Positions 14,989 to 28,039 of a DNA stretch of 64,000 nt are shown here, piece after piece. The DNA lies in the NCBI GenBank assembly GCA_951406725.2, contig OX597834.1:26846001-26910000 (forward strand), in the 5' to 3' direction. Position numbers and translations under genes: made by a program. The first letter of the stretch is position 1. Each line of letters begins with the position of its first letter. This DNA is from Octopus vulgaris (taxonomy: Eukaryota). The notes under the pieces are model-generated. The model ran no database searches and was not told where the DNA came from. It saw only the letters and a program-made list of their open reading frames with translations.

Positions 14989-15210
14989 GAGTGAGAGAGC
15001 AGTGCATGCCATCAAAGTGACACTGGGGTAAAATATACGAAGCCCAGTATACCCATCATGACTACCCATCTGATAAGGGTACACCAGGCACATGCATCAC
15101 AACTATATGTGCGTGACATGGTGATCTCATAACAAGATAAACAGCGCATGACTTTGCAGGTGGGGCCCAGTTAGAATTTTCTTCAGGTTTAGTAGCCATC
15201 CCACTCGACG
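14989..15210 (-). mobile_element. Second, shorter copy of the (TAA)n-associated repeat
   Basis: Same terminus GAGTGAGAGAGCAGT directly after (TTA)n. Confidence 0.75.
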
Positions 15211-15398
15211 TGATGAAGATTTTGGTCCCTGAATAAGGGTTGTCCCTGAATAAGGGTTATTCTGCATGCATTACTATATCTGTATTACAAAACTTTATCT
15301 ACATACATACATACATACATACATACATACATACATACATACATACATACACATACACACATACATACATACATACATACATACATACATACATACAT

Positions 15399-15433
<35 letters not shown>

Positions 15434-15485
15434 TATATATGTATATCTCTATATGTATGTATACGTATGTGCGCATATGTGTGAA

Positions 15486-15527
<42 letters not shown>

Positions 15528-15964
15528 TGTGTAAAATATAAGAAAAGGTGGAATAAAAAAAGAAAAAATCAAACGTTCAAAAAAAATAACAAAAAATCCC
15601 GAAACTTTGTCTCCGACACAAAAAATCCTCAATTGACAATGAAATAAATAAATAAATAAATAAATAAATAAATGAATAAAAGAAAAAAAAAACTACAAAT
15701 AACAACAACAATAGCAGCAAGAAACCAAATCAAAGAAGCAAGACTCAAAGCTAATAGGTCAATGCAAGAAGCAATTGGTGCCGTGTGTGTCATTTAGAAG
15801 GTTATAATGAAGAGGAGCGAAAGTTTTACCATTCCGATTCCGATTCTAAAGAATGGTTTTTCTTCCTCACTCTGAGGGGAATTCACTTTCGTATTTTTTC
15901 CAAGTTGACAGCTTCGCACTGTTTAACGTTGGTGACAAGTCTGTCTGACATTCCCTTTCTCTTC

Positions 15965-16008
<44 letters not shown>

Positions 16009-16148
16009 TGGACTCGCGCAGAATTTCAGTACTTCTCACTCTTTCTATCTCAGTACTTCTTACTCTTTCTATCTCTCTCTCTTTCTTTCTGCCTCACTCT
16101 AAGACTCGCAGAATTTCAGTACTTCTCTTTTCCTTCTTCAGTTCCTTT

Positions 16149-16208
<60 letters not shown>

Positions 16209-16380
16209 TCCTTCCTTCCTTCCTTCCTTCTTTCCTTCCTTCCTTCCTTCCTTCCTTCTTTCTTTCTTTCTTTCTTTCTTTCCTTCCTTCCTTCCTTTCT
16301 TTCTTTTTTCTTTCTTTCTTTCTTTCTTTCTTCATTCTTTCTTTCTTTCTTTCTGCCCCCCCCCCGCTATTCTCTCACTG

Positions 16381-16456
<76 letters not shown>

Positions 16457-16467
16457 TAATAATAATA

Positions 16468-16980
16468 TGCAGTACCAGGCACTGGCTCTCATGGCTTTTG
16501 ATTTTAGCTGATTGGAAGTGTTATCATGCACATTGTTTTGTCTTGGTATAAAAGAGGGGCTACAGCAAATATTCTGCCCAATACCACAGACTTGCTTGTC
16601 AGTTGTTTGACCTTAACCAGTTGAGCATGTCCTTTAGTGGCTGACGATATGTACATCTTTGGTCACGAGCAGTAGTAGTTGGGGAGCATCATAGACATGT
16701 GTTGGAAGGAATTCTTTGGTGTTTGAATAATTCATCTCTGGAAACATGGGTGGTTCGTTCAACATCCTTAAACAACCCTTATTCAAGGACCATTTGAGCG
16801 GGATGGGTTACTTGACCTGAAAAAAAATTCTAACTGGGCCCTCCCCACCTGCAAGGTCATGCGCGGTTTATCTTGATATGAGATCACCATATTGCGCTCA
16901 TATGGTTGTGATGCATGTGCCTGGTGTACCTTTATCAGACGGGTAGTCATGAGTACACTGGGCTTCGTATATTTTACCCC
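16468..16980 (+). mobile_element. Third copy of the (TAA)n-associated repeat, inverted relative to 14365
   Basis: Reverse complement of 14400-14887; preceded by (AAT)n at 16381-16467. Confidence 0.75.
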
Positions 16981-17019
16981 AAGAAGCTGTCACATTTATT
17001 TTATGTACATATTTATATG

Positions 17020-17248
17020 GGTGTGCGTGCGTGTTGGTGATTGTCTCCCCGTCATCGCATGACAACCGATGCTGGTGTCCTCCGTAACTTAGCAGTTCGA
17101 CATATAGAGACCAATAGAATAAGTACTAGACTTACAAAGAATAAGTCCTGGAGTCGATTTCTTCGTCTGGCTAAAACCCCTTAAAGTGACGCTCCAGCAT
17201 GGCCGCAGTCAAATGATTGAAACAAGTAAAAGAACAAAAGAATACCCC

Positions 17249-17305
<57 letters not shown>

Positions 17306-17708
17306 AGTGGCTGTGTGGTAAGTAGCTTGCTTACCAACCACATGGTTTCGGGTTCAGTCCCACTGCGTGGCATCTTGGGCAAGTGTCTTCTGCTATAGCC
17401 CCGGGCCGACCAATGCCTTGTGAGTGGATTTGGTAGACGGAAACTGAAAGAAGCCTGTCGTATATATGTATATATATGTATATATGTGTGTATTTGTGTG
17501 TCTGTGTTTGTCCCCCTAGCATTGCTTGACAACCGATGCTGGTGTGTTTACGTCCCCGTTACTTAGCGTTTCGGCAAAAGAGACCGATAGAATAAGTACT
17601 GGGCTTACAAAGAATAAGTCCCGGGATCGATTTGCTCGACTAAAGGCGGTGCTCCAGCATGGCCGCAGTCAAATGACTGAAATAAGTAAAAGAGTAAAGA
17701 GTAAAGAG
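17020..17708 (+). mobile_element. SINE A 3' half (17020-17240) followed by a full-length SINE A (17303-17708)
   Basis: Matches the 1397-1797 copy. Confidence 0.9.
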
Positions 17709-17798
17709 TATATATATATATATATACCGGAGTAAACACATAAATGTGAAACAAGGTGGAAAAAAAGAGTACTCAAATACCAGTGGTAGAGTAATATG

Positions 17799-17933
17799 CT
17801 TTATTTAAAGCAGCAGAAAATTCAACAAAATCCGTTACTCTGAGTTTCTCGTTGCCGTTCAAACTGTCTGATGAACGGCAACGAGAAACTCAGAGTAACA
17901 GATTTTGTTGAATTTTCTGCTGCTTTAAATAAA

Positions 17934-17934
<1 letters not shown>
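17799..17934. repeat. Fold-back palindrome, 63-bp arms, 10-nt loop, one mismatch
   Basis: 17799-17861 is the reverse complement of 17872-17934. Confidence 0.95.
17864..17901 (+). ncRNA. Type I hammerhead motif (family H4)
   Basis: CTGT-CTGATGA-A-CG(GCAA)CG-A-GAAA-CTC(A)GAG-TA-ACAG; canonical core, GUA site, AATAAA ~27 nt downstream. Confidence 0.75.
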
Positions 17935-18014
<80 letters not shown>

Positions 18015-18936
18015 TATGTATACATATACACACTCCCGTCTCGTTAACAAAGAAATGATTTGGCAAGAAAATGTTATCATCGGGGGTAAGAAAAAATTAA
18101 AGAATGGAAATAAAAGAGCAAGAAGAGACTAGAGGTTCAATAAAAACAAGATTTATGATAACATTCCCTCAGACAAATAAATGTTTTTACGATTTGGTTA
18201 TCTCCATATTCACCTTATCTTCTTCGACTTATGAATGAATTCAACGTTTAGGATTTCGAACGTAAAACAGCCACAACGTTAGGTATTGTGAAAATAATAG
18301 GAGAGAAACGGATCCGGCGATTGTTTACTGCATAACTTTGTGCAATAAAATTCAAGGTGGAAAACGGGTATGAAATAGCTATAGAAAAGTGAAAAGCTAC
18401 GTTGAAGATTTGCGTGAATTAGGAACGGAAAGTAACAAGTTTTGTTTCTCTGATAGAGAACCAAACGTCTTTGCTGCTGGTGTTGCGACGTGGAAAGTCT
18501 ATCTGCCAAAAAATCATTTGGAATGCAACCGATTTTGATAAAAAAAAAAAAAAAAAGAGGAGGAAAAAAACAAAAACAAACAAACAAAAAAACAAATAAA
18601 ATAAAATAAGCAATATACCTACACACACGCGCGTGCGCGCACACACATACAAAAATGTAAAACAAGACAAAAAAAAAATGGTGAAGCTAGGTGTTTTAGA
18701 ACAGGTGGAATGACAGGTAGATGCGAGTATCATTGTGTTTTCTGGCTGGTTTTGACGTTGTTATTTTACGATACATACACACACACACACACATATATAT
18801 ACATACATACATATATACATACATACACACACATATATAAACAGACACATATATACATATATATATACATACAGACATACACACACACACATATATACAG
18901 ATACATGCATACATACACACACATATATATATAGAT

Positions 18937-18981
<45 letters not shown>

Positions 18982-19103
18982 GATAATTAGACATATATAT
19001 ATATACATATACATATGTATATATATATATATGTACATATATACATATACACTCACATGTATATACATAAATATATATATATATAATTATATATACACAT
19101 GCA

Positions 19104-19142
<39 letters not shown>

Positions 19143-19175
19143 GTGTATTGTGTGTGTGTGAGTGTCTATACGGAC

Positions 19176-19310
19176 ATACACTAATGCTTCTATATACGAG
19201 TTAATTTGTTCCCGGAGACCGCCCGTAAAGCGAAAACTCGTAAAGGAGAGCAATAATTTCCCACAGTAGCAATGCTATAAATCGTAAATCGTTCTCAGGA
19301 AAATATTCTA
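19176..19310. mobile_element. Possible pogo/Tigger-like DNA transposon left end
   Basis: TACACTAATGCTTCTATATACGAGTTAATTTGTTCC resembles a Tigger-type terminus; no partner TIR located. Confidence 0.35.
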
Positions 19311-19414
19311 TCTCCGAAATTTATGACACTCGTAAATAAATGGCAATAAAACAACAGTGAAATGTAAAGAATATTTTATGTAAAGTAAAAAAATATGTCG
19401 AAATCATTTATTAT

Positions 19415-19812
19415 ACTCTTTACTCTTTTACTCTTTTACTTGTTTCAGTCATTTGACTGCGGCCATACTGGAGCACCGCCTTTAGTCGAGCAAATCGACC
19501 CCGGGACTTATTCTTTGTAAGCCCAGTACTTATTCTATCGGTCTCTTTTGCCGAACCGCTAAGTGACGGAGACGTGAACACACCAGCATCGGTTGTCAAG
19601 TAATACTAGGGGGACAAACACAGACACACAAACATATACACACACACTTATATATATATACATATATACGACAGGCTTCTTTCAGTTTCCGTCTACCAAA
19701 TCCACTCACAAGGCATTGGTCGGCCCGGGGCTGTAGCAGAAGACACCTGCCCAAGACTGAACCTGGAACCATGTGGTTGGTTAGCAAGCTACTTACCACA
19801 CAGCCACTCCTG
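19415..19812 (-). mobile_element. SINE family A
   Basis: Reverse complement of the 1397-1797 copy with a small deletion. Confidence 0.9.
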
Positions 19813-20711
19813 AAATATAGAATATAGAATAGAAATATAGAATAGAAATATTATTTTGATAATCGTTTTCTGAATTCCTTTCATTCGCTCTAGACTCGCA
19901 CACAGCATCACTTGTAGACGCGATCACAGATTCACAAGCACTCGTAGACGGACTTGTAGTTTTCTTTTTAAAAACATGCCTACAGTTGTTTACTTAGAAA
20001 CCCTCCTTTTTTTTTTGCTCTCTATCAGTTTCTCAGTATCGGGCAGAAGCATTTGTTATGGTAGCAGAACATTTTGCTTCGTTCTTATTCAAAAGCAAGA
20101 GAGAGAGAGAGAAAGGGAGAGAGTGAGAGAGAGAGAGAGTGAGAGAGAGAGAGAGAAAGAGAGAGTGAGAGAGTGAGAGAGAGAAAGAAACAAAGTAGTG
20201 GTGGTAGTGGTGGGGAGATCAATCCTTTTGGTTTCCTTCATTTGTTGATAGAGACAGAATACCTTGTGTAATGAGAGACCACTTCATCTAAATTCTCAGG
20301 CTGTATGTACACACACACACACACGCACAAGCACACAGAAACACACACACACACACGCGCAATATGTATGTATGAATCTATGTATGCAAATATATGTAAA
20401 TACACACACATTCACAGACTGTATGTATATTTAATCAACAGCTGCGGTTTGGTCGCTATATTCAACCAATTATGCATTTAAATGTTTACGCATTTATTCT
20501 TTAAATTTTTAAATCATAGTGATCGGGATTCGATTAATGCCTCACCACTAAACTACACGTTGCAAAGCGTGACTACGTGACTTTGTTTAAGGCAACAGAT
20601 TGCTTTAAATAAACTTATCGATGTTTCAAGTACTCGTGTGTTTACAATTATGACCATCTGGGTTTACAGCAGCAACGAAATCTTATGCTTGATATATAAA
20701 ATATAAATATA

Positions 20712-20764
<53 letters not shown>

Positions 20765-21178
20765 TCTTTCTCTTTTACTCTTTTACTTGTTTCTGTCATT
20801 TGACTGCGGCCATGCTGGAGCACCGCCTTTAGTCGAGCAAATCGATCCCAGGACTTATTCTTTGTAAGCCCAGTACTTATTCTATCGGTCTCTTTTGCCG
20901 AACCGCTAAGTGACGGGGAACGTAAACACACCAGCATCGGTTGTCAAGCAATGCTAGGGTGACAAACACAGGCACACAAACATATACACACACACACTCA
21001 CATATATATATACATATATACGACAGGCTTCTTTCAGTTTCCGTCTACCAAATCCACTCACAAGGCATTGGTCGGCCCGGGGCTGTAGCAGAAGACACTT
21101 GCCCAAGATGCCACGCAGTGGGACTGAACCCGGAACCATGTGGTTGGTTAGCAAGCTACTTACCACACAGCCACTTCT
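20765..21178 (-). mobile_element. SINE family A
   Basis: Reverse complement of the family A consensus. Confidence 0.9.
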
Positions 21179-21561
21179 GTCTTATATATATATATATACA
21201 CACATATGTATACACACACACCTGTATATATTACGATGGAAGAAGGCTTATTTTTTGCTTGAATCCATAAATTAGAACCAATTCTCAATTAACGTGAGGT
21301 CTTTTTAATTTTCTCTCACTAGCCTGCTTTTACCCATGTGTATATTTAGCTGGAGTTTTTGGTAGTATTTTAAAGGTATCGGCACTTCAAGCATGCTGGA
21401 CACAGGTCGTTTTCGCCCTAGCTCACTTAATATAATTGTATACATATGTATATTTTTATTAACTTAATGTATTAATTGCCTCTAAATTTCCATAGCATGC
21501 TGACTACTTGATAAAAATCATTAACGTGATTTTTGTCCTTATTTTCTTTTATGAATTAATT

Positions 21562-21948
21562 GGAGTGGCTGTGTGGTAAGTAGCTTGCTAACCAACCACA
21601 TGGTTCCGGGTTCAGTCCCACTGCGTGGCATCTTGGGCAAGTGTCTTCTGCTATAGCCCCGGGCCGACCAATGCCTTGTGAGTGGATTTGGTAGACGGAA
21701 ACTGAAAGAAGCCTGTCGTATATATGTATATATATGTATATATGTGTATGTGTGTGTTTGTCCCCCTAACATTGCTTGACAACCGATGCTGATGTGTTTA
21801 CGTCCCCGTCACTTAGCGGTTCTGCAAAGGAGGCCGATAGAATAAGTACTGGGCTTACAAAAGTCCCGTGGTCGATTTGCTCGACTAAAGGCGGTGCTCC
21901 AGCATGGCAGCAGTCAAATGACTGAAACAAGTAAAAGAGTAAAAGAGA
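21562..21948 (+). mobile_element. SINE family A
   Basis: Matches the family A consensus. Confidence 0.9.
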
Positions 21949-22010
21949 GAGAGAGAATATATATTAATATGTAATATATATATTAATATAAAATATATAT
22001 ATTAATATAT

Positions 22011-22071
22011 AATAAAACTCCGAGTTTCGGATGTCGGGGCGGAAATCTGCTCCGGTATCTCGTCAGTTATT
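22011..22071 (-). ncRNA. Type I hammerhead motif (family H5) at the 3' end of a Penelope-like element remnant
   Basis: Minus strand: AATAA-CTGACGA-GAT...ATC-C-GAAA-CTC(G)GAG-TT-TTATT. Confidence 0.75.
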
Positions 22072-22373
22072 AAGACAAACAAAAATGCTATGAAAATGAC
22101 CGTTAAATAAAGGGACATTTCTATGAAGATGACCGTTATTAGAATGACCGTTAAATAAAGGGAAAAGACCCGAAAGGGGAGAAAGTAAAAACCGCTCATA
22201 GAATTTGCGTATGCGCGCGTGTACATACATACACATGCTCACACACTCACCCACGTACATGTGCATATATGCATATGTTCACACACACTCGCGCGAAACA
22301 CATAAATGCAAACCTCCCCACACCTATATGTATACATATATATGCAACCATACACATGTACACATATACATAC

Positions 22374-22411
<38 letters not shown>

Positions 22412-22639
22412 ACATATACCCACAATTATGTTCATATACACGTCTATATACGCACATGCACAAAAATGCAGGGTGAAAGGTAATATACAGAAATATATGT
22501 AAAAATATATAAAGCAATAAAAATATAAAACATATATAAAAATATGTAAAGAAATATATAAAGAAATAGAGATAAAATACTTGTACGTGGACACAATATA
22601 AAAAGCAGCTTCTATCGGCGATCTTGGGTGGGGGGAACA

Positions 22640-22828
22640 AAAACGTAACAGATATTTAGCCATATGTGGACATGAACTAAAGAGTTCAGTTCTTGAATTT
22701 AGACATGTAGCGGAGTCTAAGCTGCCTTTCCAGATGAGCCATCTTTCCATATCACAAAGACCGCACTTCCCACTGCCGTTAGAATAAGGCTTGCACTTGG
22801 CTAAGATCTTCCAATGGATTGTGTAATT
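22640..22828 (-). mobile_element. Penelope-like retroelement, C-terminal part of the GIY-YIG endonuclease region
   Basis: NYTIHWKILAKCKPYSNGSGKCGLCDMERWLIWKGSLDSATCLNSRTELFSSCPHMAKYLL fits the WxIL..PY..KCxLCxxE..I..LNxRxE..CxH pattern of PLE C-termini (recognised from memory). Confidence 0.8.
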
Positions 22829-22845
22829 GACAGCAGTACGCAAAT

Positions 22846-22942
22846 GCGACCTCGGTGGAATTCGAACTCAGAACGCAAAGACAGACGAAATACCACTAAA
22901 CATATCGCCCGGCGTGCTAACGCTTCTGCCAGCTCGCCTCCG
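22846..22942 (-). mobile_element. SINE family C head fragment
   Basis: Reverse complement of GGCGAGCTGGCAGAAGCGTTAGCACGCCGGGCG...TTCTGAGTTCGAATTCC. Confidence 0.8.
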
Positions 22943-23056
22943 TAATAAGGCAGTATATTGCAGGCACACATCAGTACTTATGACAAATTGCATTATAATT
23001 AAAAATATATATATATATAAATATATATACAGACAAACACGTATATACACGTGTGC

Positions 23057-23118
<62 letters not shown>

Positions 23119-23137
23119 GTATATATATACATATATG

Positions 23138-23207
23138 GCCAGATAACTGAAGAGATGGTGTTGTGGATTTCCACCTCGGCATCCGAAACTCAGAGTTTTA
23201 TCTTGGC
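23138..23207 (+). ncRNA. Type I hammerhead motif (family H5)
   Basis: GCCAGATAA-CTGAAGA-GATG..GTGG(ATTT)CCAC..CATC-C-GAAA-CTC(A)GAG-TT-TTATCT(T)GGC. Confidence 0.75.
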
Positions 23208-23600
23208 TATTGAATAATTGTCACATATTATTTTACAGATAAATTTCCTCTACGTAATATTGAGGTCTCTTTCTTTCTTTTGTTATCTTACCGTTTTTAC
23301 CAATATATGCATATATATAGATATATAATAACAATTTAATAAATAAAACATATGCATACATACATACATATATATACATACCTACATCTATATGTATATA
23401 TACATACATAAATGAGTACAGGACATCACAAATAAACGTAGAACACAACGAGAAACGAAAACATAAAATGAAACATGGAAACGGACTTTTTTTAACAACG
23501 ATAAAACAGAGTACGAGACAACCAACACAAGGAACAGTCCCCTTCTTCAGCTGCCCCTGTTTCGACTCAATACGTGTTTCGAAGTTCTTTTTCCAAGTAA

Positions 23601-23665
<65 letters not shown>

Positions 23666-23677
23666 AATTAATATATA

Positions 23678-23768
<91 letters not shown>

Positions 23769-23772
23769 ATAT

Positions 23773-24176
23773 AGGCGCAGGAGTGGCTGTGTGGTAAGTA
23801 GCTTGCTAACCAACCACATGGTTCCGGGTTCAGTCTCACTGCGTGGCATCTTGGGCAAGTGTCTTCTGCTATAGCCCCGGGCCGACCAATGCCTTGTGAG
23901 TGGATTTGGTAGACAGAAACTGAAAGAAGCCTGTCGTATATATGTATATATGTGTATGTGTGTGTTTGTGTGTGTGTGTTTGTCCACCTAGCATTGCTTG
24001 ACAACCGATGCTGGTGTGTTTACGTCCCCGTCACTTAGCGGTTCGGAAAAAGAGACCGATAGAATAAGTACTGGGCTTACAAAAGAATAAGTCCCGGGGT
24101 CGATTTGCTCGACTAAAGGCGGTGCTCCAGCATGGCCGCAGTCAAATGACTGAAACAAGTAAAAGAGTAAAAGAGC
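23773..24176 (+). mobile_element. SINE family A
   Basis: Full-length match to the consensus. Confidence 0.9.
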
Positions 24177-24202
24177 ATATGTATGTATATGTAAAGGTAA
24201 GG

Positions 24203-24544
24203 GGTAAAGACCCCCTTCGGTCATGAATGACCATGGGATTGCACCTAGAAAGTTACCCTCCTAGACACAAGTCTGGGCAAGGTTGTTTTTATGGAAGGCC
24301 AGCAGTCGCCCATGCATACCAGCCTCCCCTCTCCACGCCACCAGTGTTATCCAAGGGAAAGACAAAGGTCGATACAGCTTGGCACCAGTGACGTCGCAAC
24401 TCATTTCTACAGCTGAGTGAACTGGAGCAACGTGAAATAAAGTGCCTTGCTCGAGAACACAACACGCAGCCCGGTCCGGGATTCGAGCTCACAACCTCAC
24501 GATCGTAAGCTCGACGCTCTAACCACTGAGCCATGCGCCTTCAC
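24203..24544 (-). mobile_element. tRNA-derived SINE family D
   Basis: Minus-strand head GGCGCATGGCTCAGTGGTTAGAGCG...GAGCTCGAATCCC, central GAGCAAGGCACTTTATTTCACGTTGCTCCAGTTCACTCAGCTG; diverged copy at 39997. Confidence 0.85.
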
Positions 24545-24867
24545 TATATGTATATGTATATATGGTCTATATAACATTATCGGCTGGAGCTGAACTACAT
24601 TCTTTCCCCCTGTTGTTTCCAAGGTTTGTGATGTTCACTTCGCGAAATGCGCTTCAAATAAAGACTAGAATATTTAAAACATCACGAACACCTTATAATT
24701 ACAATGACGTTTCTGTCGCAAAGGTTGTCTATTATTTACTGAATTTTTTTTTTAGTAGAATCTTATTTTGAAAGCAAAACTGTGGTGGCCATTTTGTCTG
24801 TTTTAAATGAAGCATGGATTTCATTGGCTACTCTCCGTCATGTGATTAAATATTTAAATATATTTTG

Positions 24868-24950
<83 letters not shown>

Positions 24951-25186
24951 GACGTTTATGCACTGACAAACGTTTACACAATTGCGCATACACATATAAG
25001 TATAAATATGTGTATTTATATGTGTATGTACGTGTGGATGCATGTATGTATCTATATATGTGTATATACAAATGTATGAATATATATGTAAGAATGAATA
25101 TATATATACATATATACATATATATATATATGTGTGTGTGTGTGTATGTGTATGTATATATATGTATATATGTATATATATGTATG

Positions 25187-25286
<100 letters not shown>

Positions 25287-25541
25287 TTGCTTATTATTTC
25301 TGTTACAGAAAAATAATTTGAAAATATACGCCAACATATACGCGCACGCACACACGTATACATGCACTCGTACACATGCAAACGCACACATATACAAACA
25401 TACACATACACACAGATATTGTGAGGATGGATTTTGACAAGACTAAATTGAGGCATTTGTTTGTGCCGATGCTGTGAACTTCACCGGATGTTTCCACCGA
25501 CAGAAATATGGCGACGACAAGAAACGGAGGAGGAAAACAGT

Positions 25542-25610
<69 letters not shown>

Positions 25611-25890
25611 GAGAGAGAGGGAAATTGAGAATGCCGAAGGAAGGGATAACAAAGGAGATTTGAAGGAATGGAGGGATGGTGTGAGAGAGAGTGTGAGACA
25701 GGGAGAAGTGTAGGTTAGGTAGACAATAGAAATATACATATGTATGTATATGTTCGCGTGTGCGAGTGAGTGAGTGAGTGTGTGTGTAACATATATAGTG
25801 TGTGTGTGTATGTCTGTGACATATATTGATAGTGTAATAGATATGGTATTGCATATATTATCCATAAATAGATATATCATATACATGCAC

Positions 25891-25946
<56 letters not shown>

Positions 25947-26399
25947 ATGTAGGTAAGTAGGTAGGTGTATGTATACACACAAACACGCACACATAATTCG
26001 ATTAGAGGTTGTGTTAACCTCATAAAGGGATGGTTTCATCCAAGAAAATTCTAGTTCAATACCTAGTATTTTGCGGGAATTAATTTCCTTAAAATAATAG
26101 GTATATAAGGCGGTGCTCCAGCATGGCCACAGTCAAATGACTGAAACAAGTGAAAGAGTAATGAGTTTAAAAACATATAATTTATATTCATATAAAAGAA
26201 GAAAAAGAAAATGGAGATTGGGAAGATAATAATTGATTATTATTAACAGCAAATTAATCATCATTCCTTACAGCTGTTTCGATTATTACTCAGTAAATAT
26301 GAAGTTAATATTAAATTTGTATGACCTGAGCATAATATCTTTACAGGGGAAAAATATATACCCTTGGATGTTTTATATGTGTTTATGGATTCATTATAA

Positions 26400-26617
26400 G
26401 GGACAGCCGAGGAGGGACGGATTCGGTTAGCAGAGCAGAAACGCCAGATGCGGAAAGCCAGAGCCGCCTGCACCAGTAGCACGGTCCCTACCCACTTCTG
26501 CCCCACCTGTGGGAGGGGCTTCCTCGCCCGGATTGGCCTCACCAGCCACCTCCGGTCTCATAGCGGCAGTTCCACCAGATGATGTCAGTGGTCATCTTCG
26601 AACCCGAAGGACGAACA
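26400..26617 (+). mobile_element. RTE-clade LINE 3' end (C2H2-type C-terminus plus short 3' UTR)
   Basis: Translates to EEGRIRLAEQKRQMRKARAACTSSTVPTHFCPTCGRGFLARIGLTSHLRSH; 3' UTR stem-loop CTTCG-AACC-CGAAG. Confidence 0.85.
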
Positions 26618-26866
26618 TTCATAACAGACTGAATGATACTGTTTATGATGTGTATTGTTATATGCTCGGGCGAGGAGTTTGCGGGTTGATTGGAGATAAG
26701 ATAAGGTAGGTAAATAGAATTAGAACAATAAATGAATAAATTAAATAGAGTTTATGGTTAATTAAATAATGGAATATTCGTTTGTAAGGCATAAATTTAA
26801 GAACATTTGTATATATGCAAGTACGCACGAATACATATACACACATACATATATGTAACCGTTCGT

Positions 26867-26984
<118 letters not shown>

Positions 26985-27094
26985 ATATATATATAGTTAA
27001 TCCAAACAAGAAAACACAGAAAAAAAAACACAGCAACGCGAGGACGTGGAACAATTAAAGTATTATTTGACGCTCAGGAAAGAAGGGAAGGAGG

Positions 27095-27129
27095 GTTTAA
27101 CGTTTCGAGCGGAGCTCTTCGTCGGAAAC
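27095..27129 (-). ncRNA. Minimal hammerhead motif (family H2, CCGACGA core) in a ~210-bp repeat (26993-27203)
   Basis: Minus strand: GTTT-CCGACGA-A-GAGC(TCC)GCTC-GAAA-CG-TT-AAAC. Confidence 0.7.
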
Positions 27130-27564
27130 AAAGGAGAAGGAAAGATCCCGAGAAGGGAAGACAGAGGAAAAAAGTATTTTTGCTGGTGGTGCTTAAGAGA
27201 TCACATATATATATATATATACAGTGACACGCGTATATACATACATTCACACGTATACACATATCCGTGCATATACGTATATACGTATATATACACATAT
27301 ATGTACACGGCGAACACATTAATGCGCATTCACATTCACACATGTATGTATGCATATATATGCTTTTACTCTTTTTACCCATCACCCCTAAGAAGAAGTC
27401 AATATAGGCCTATGCTGGTCAATGAATTCCGATTGTTTAATGAAATGTTTATTTAATATTTGCTGAGCATTAATTGAAACAGCTGTAAGAGATGATGATT
27501 AATTTGCTGCTTTTTTATAAGTAATTTAAACAATTATTAACTTTCCAATCTCAATTTTCTTTGT

Positions 27565-27599
<35 letters not shown>

Positions 27600-27603
<4 letters not shown>

Positions 27604-27814
27604 TGTGTTTTTGTCTTTCTCAACTCCGCCATCGCTTGACAACCAATGCTGGTGTTTATGCCCTCGTACCTTAGCGGCTCGGCAAAAGAGAACGATAGAA
27701 TAAATACTATGTTTACAAAAAAGTCCTGGGGTCGATTTGTTTGTCTAAAACCCTGTAAGGCGGTGCTCCATCATGGCCACAATCAAATGACTGAAGCAAG
27801 AAAAAGACTAAAAG

Positions 27815-27815
<1 letters not shown>
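27600..27815 (+). mobile_element. SINE family A, diverged 3' half
   Basis: ATCGCTTGACAACC...CAAATGACTGAAGCAAG. Confidence 0.8.
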
Positions 27816-27846
<31 letters not shown>

Positions 27847-28039
27847 TGTTTCTCTTTATCGTCCGAATCGAAAATCGATCGTTTCCTACATCCTTGTTCG
27901 TTTCCTATTTTTTCCGTTCTAAAATTCTTGATGTAAAACAACTTACACCCATTTTTCTCGTCTATGTTTTCTCGGGTAGGACTGTGTAGCTTGTCAATTC
28001 AAGTGGTCTTTATGCGCTAGTAGAATTAACAATATTATT

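Noticed and set aside
23520-23590. CTGAAGA and GAAAC motifs on the minus strand
   Set aside because: Order and pairing do not give a hammerhead fold.
24460-24544. tRNA-like sequences (also near 3350, 28350 and 45925)
   Set aside because: SINE heads: no proper acceptor stem, and each continues into a SINE body.
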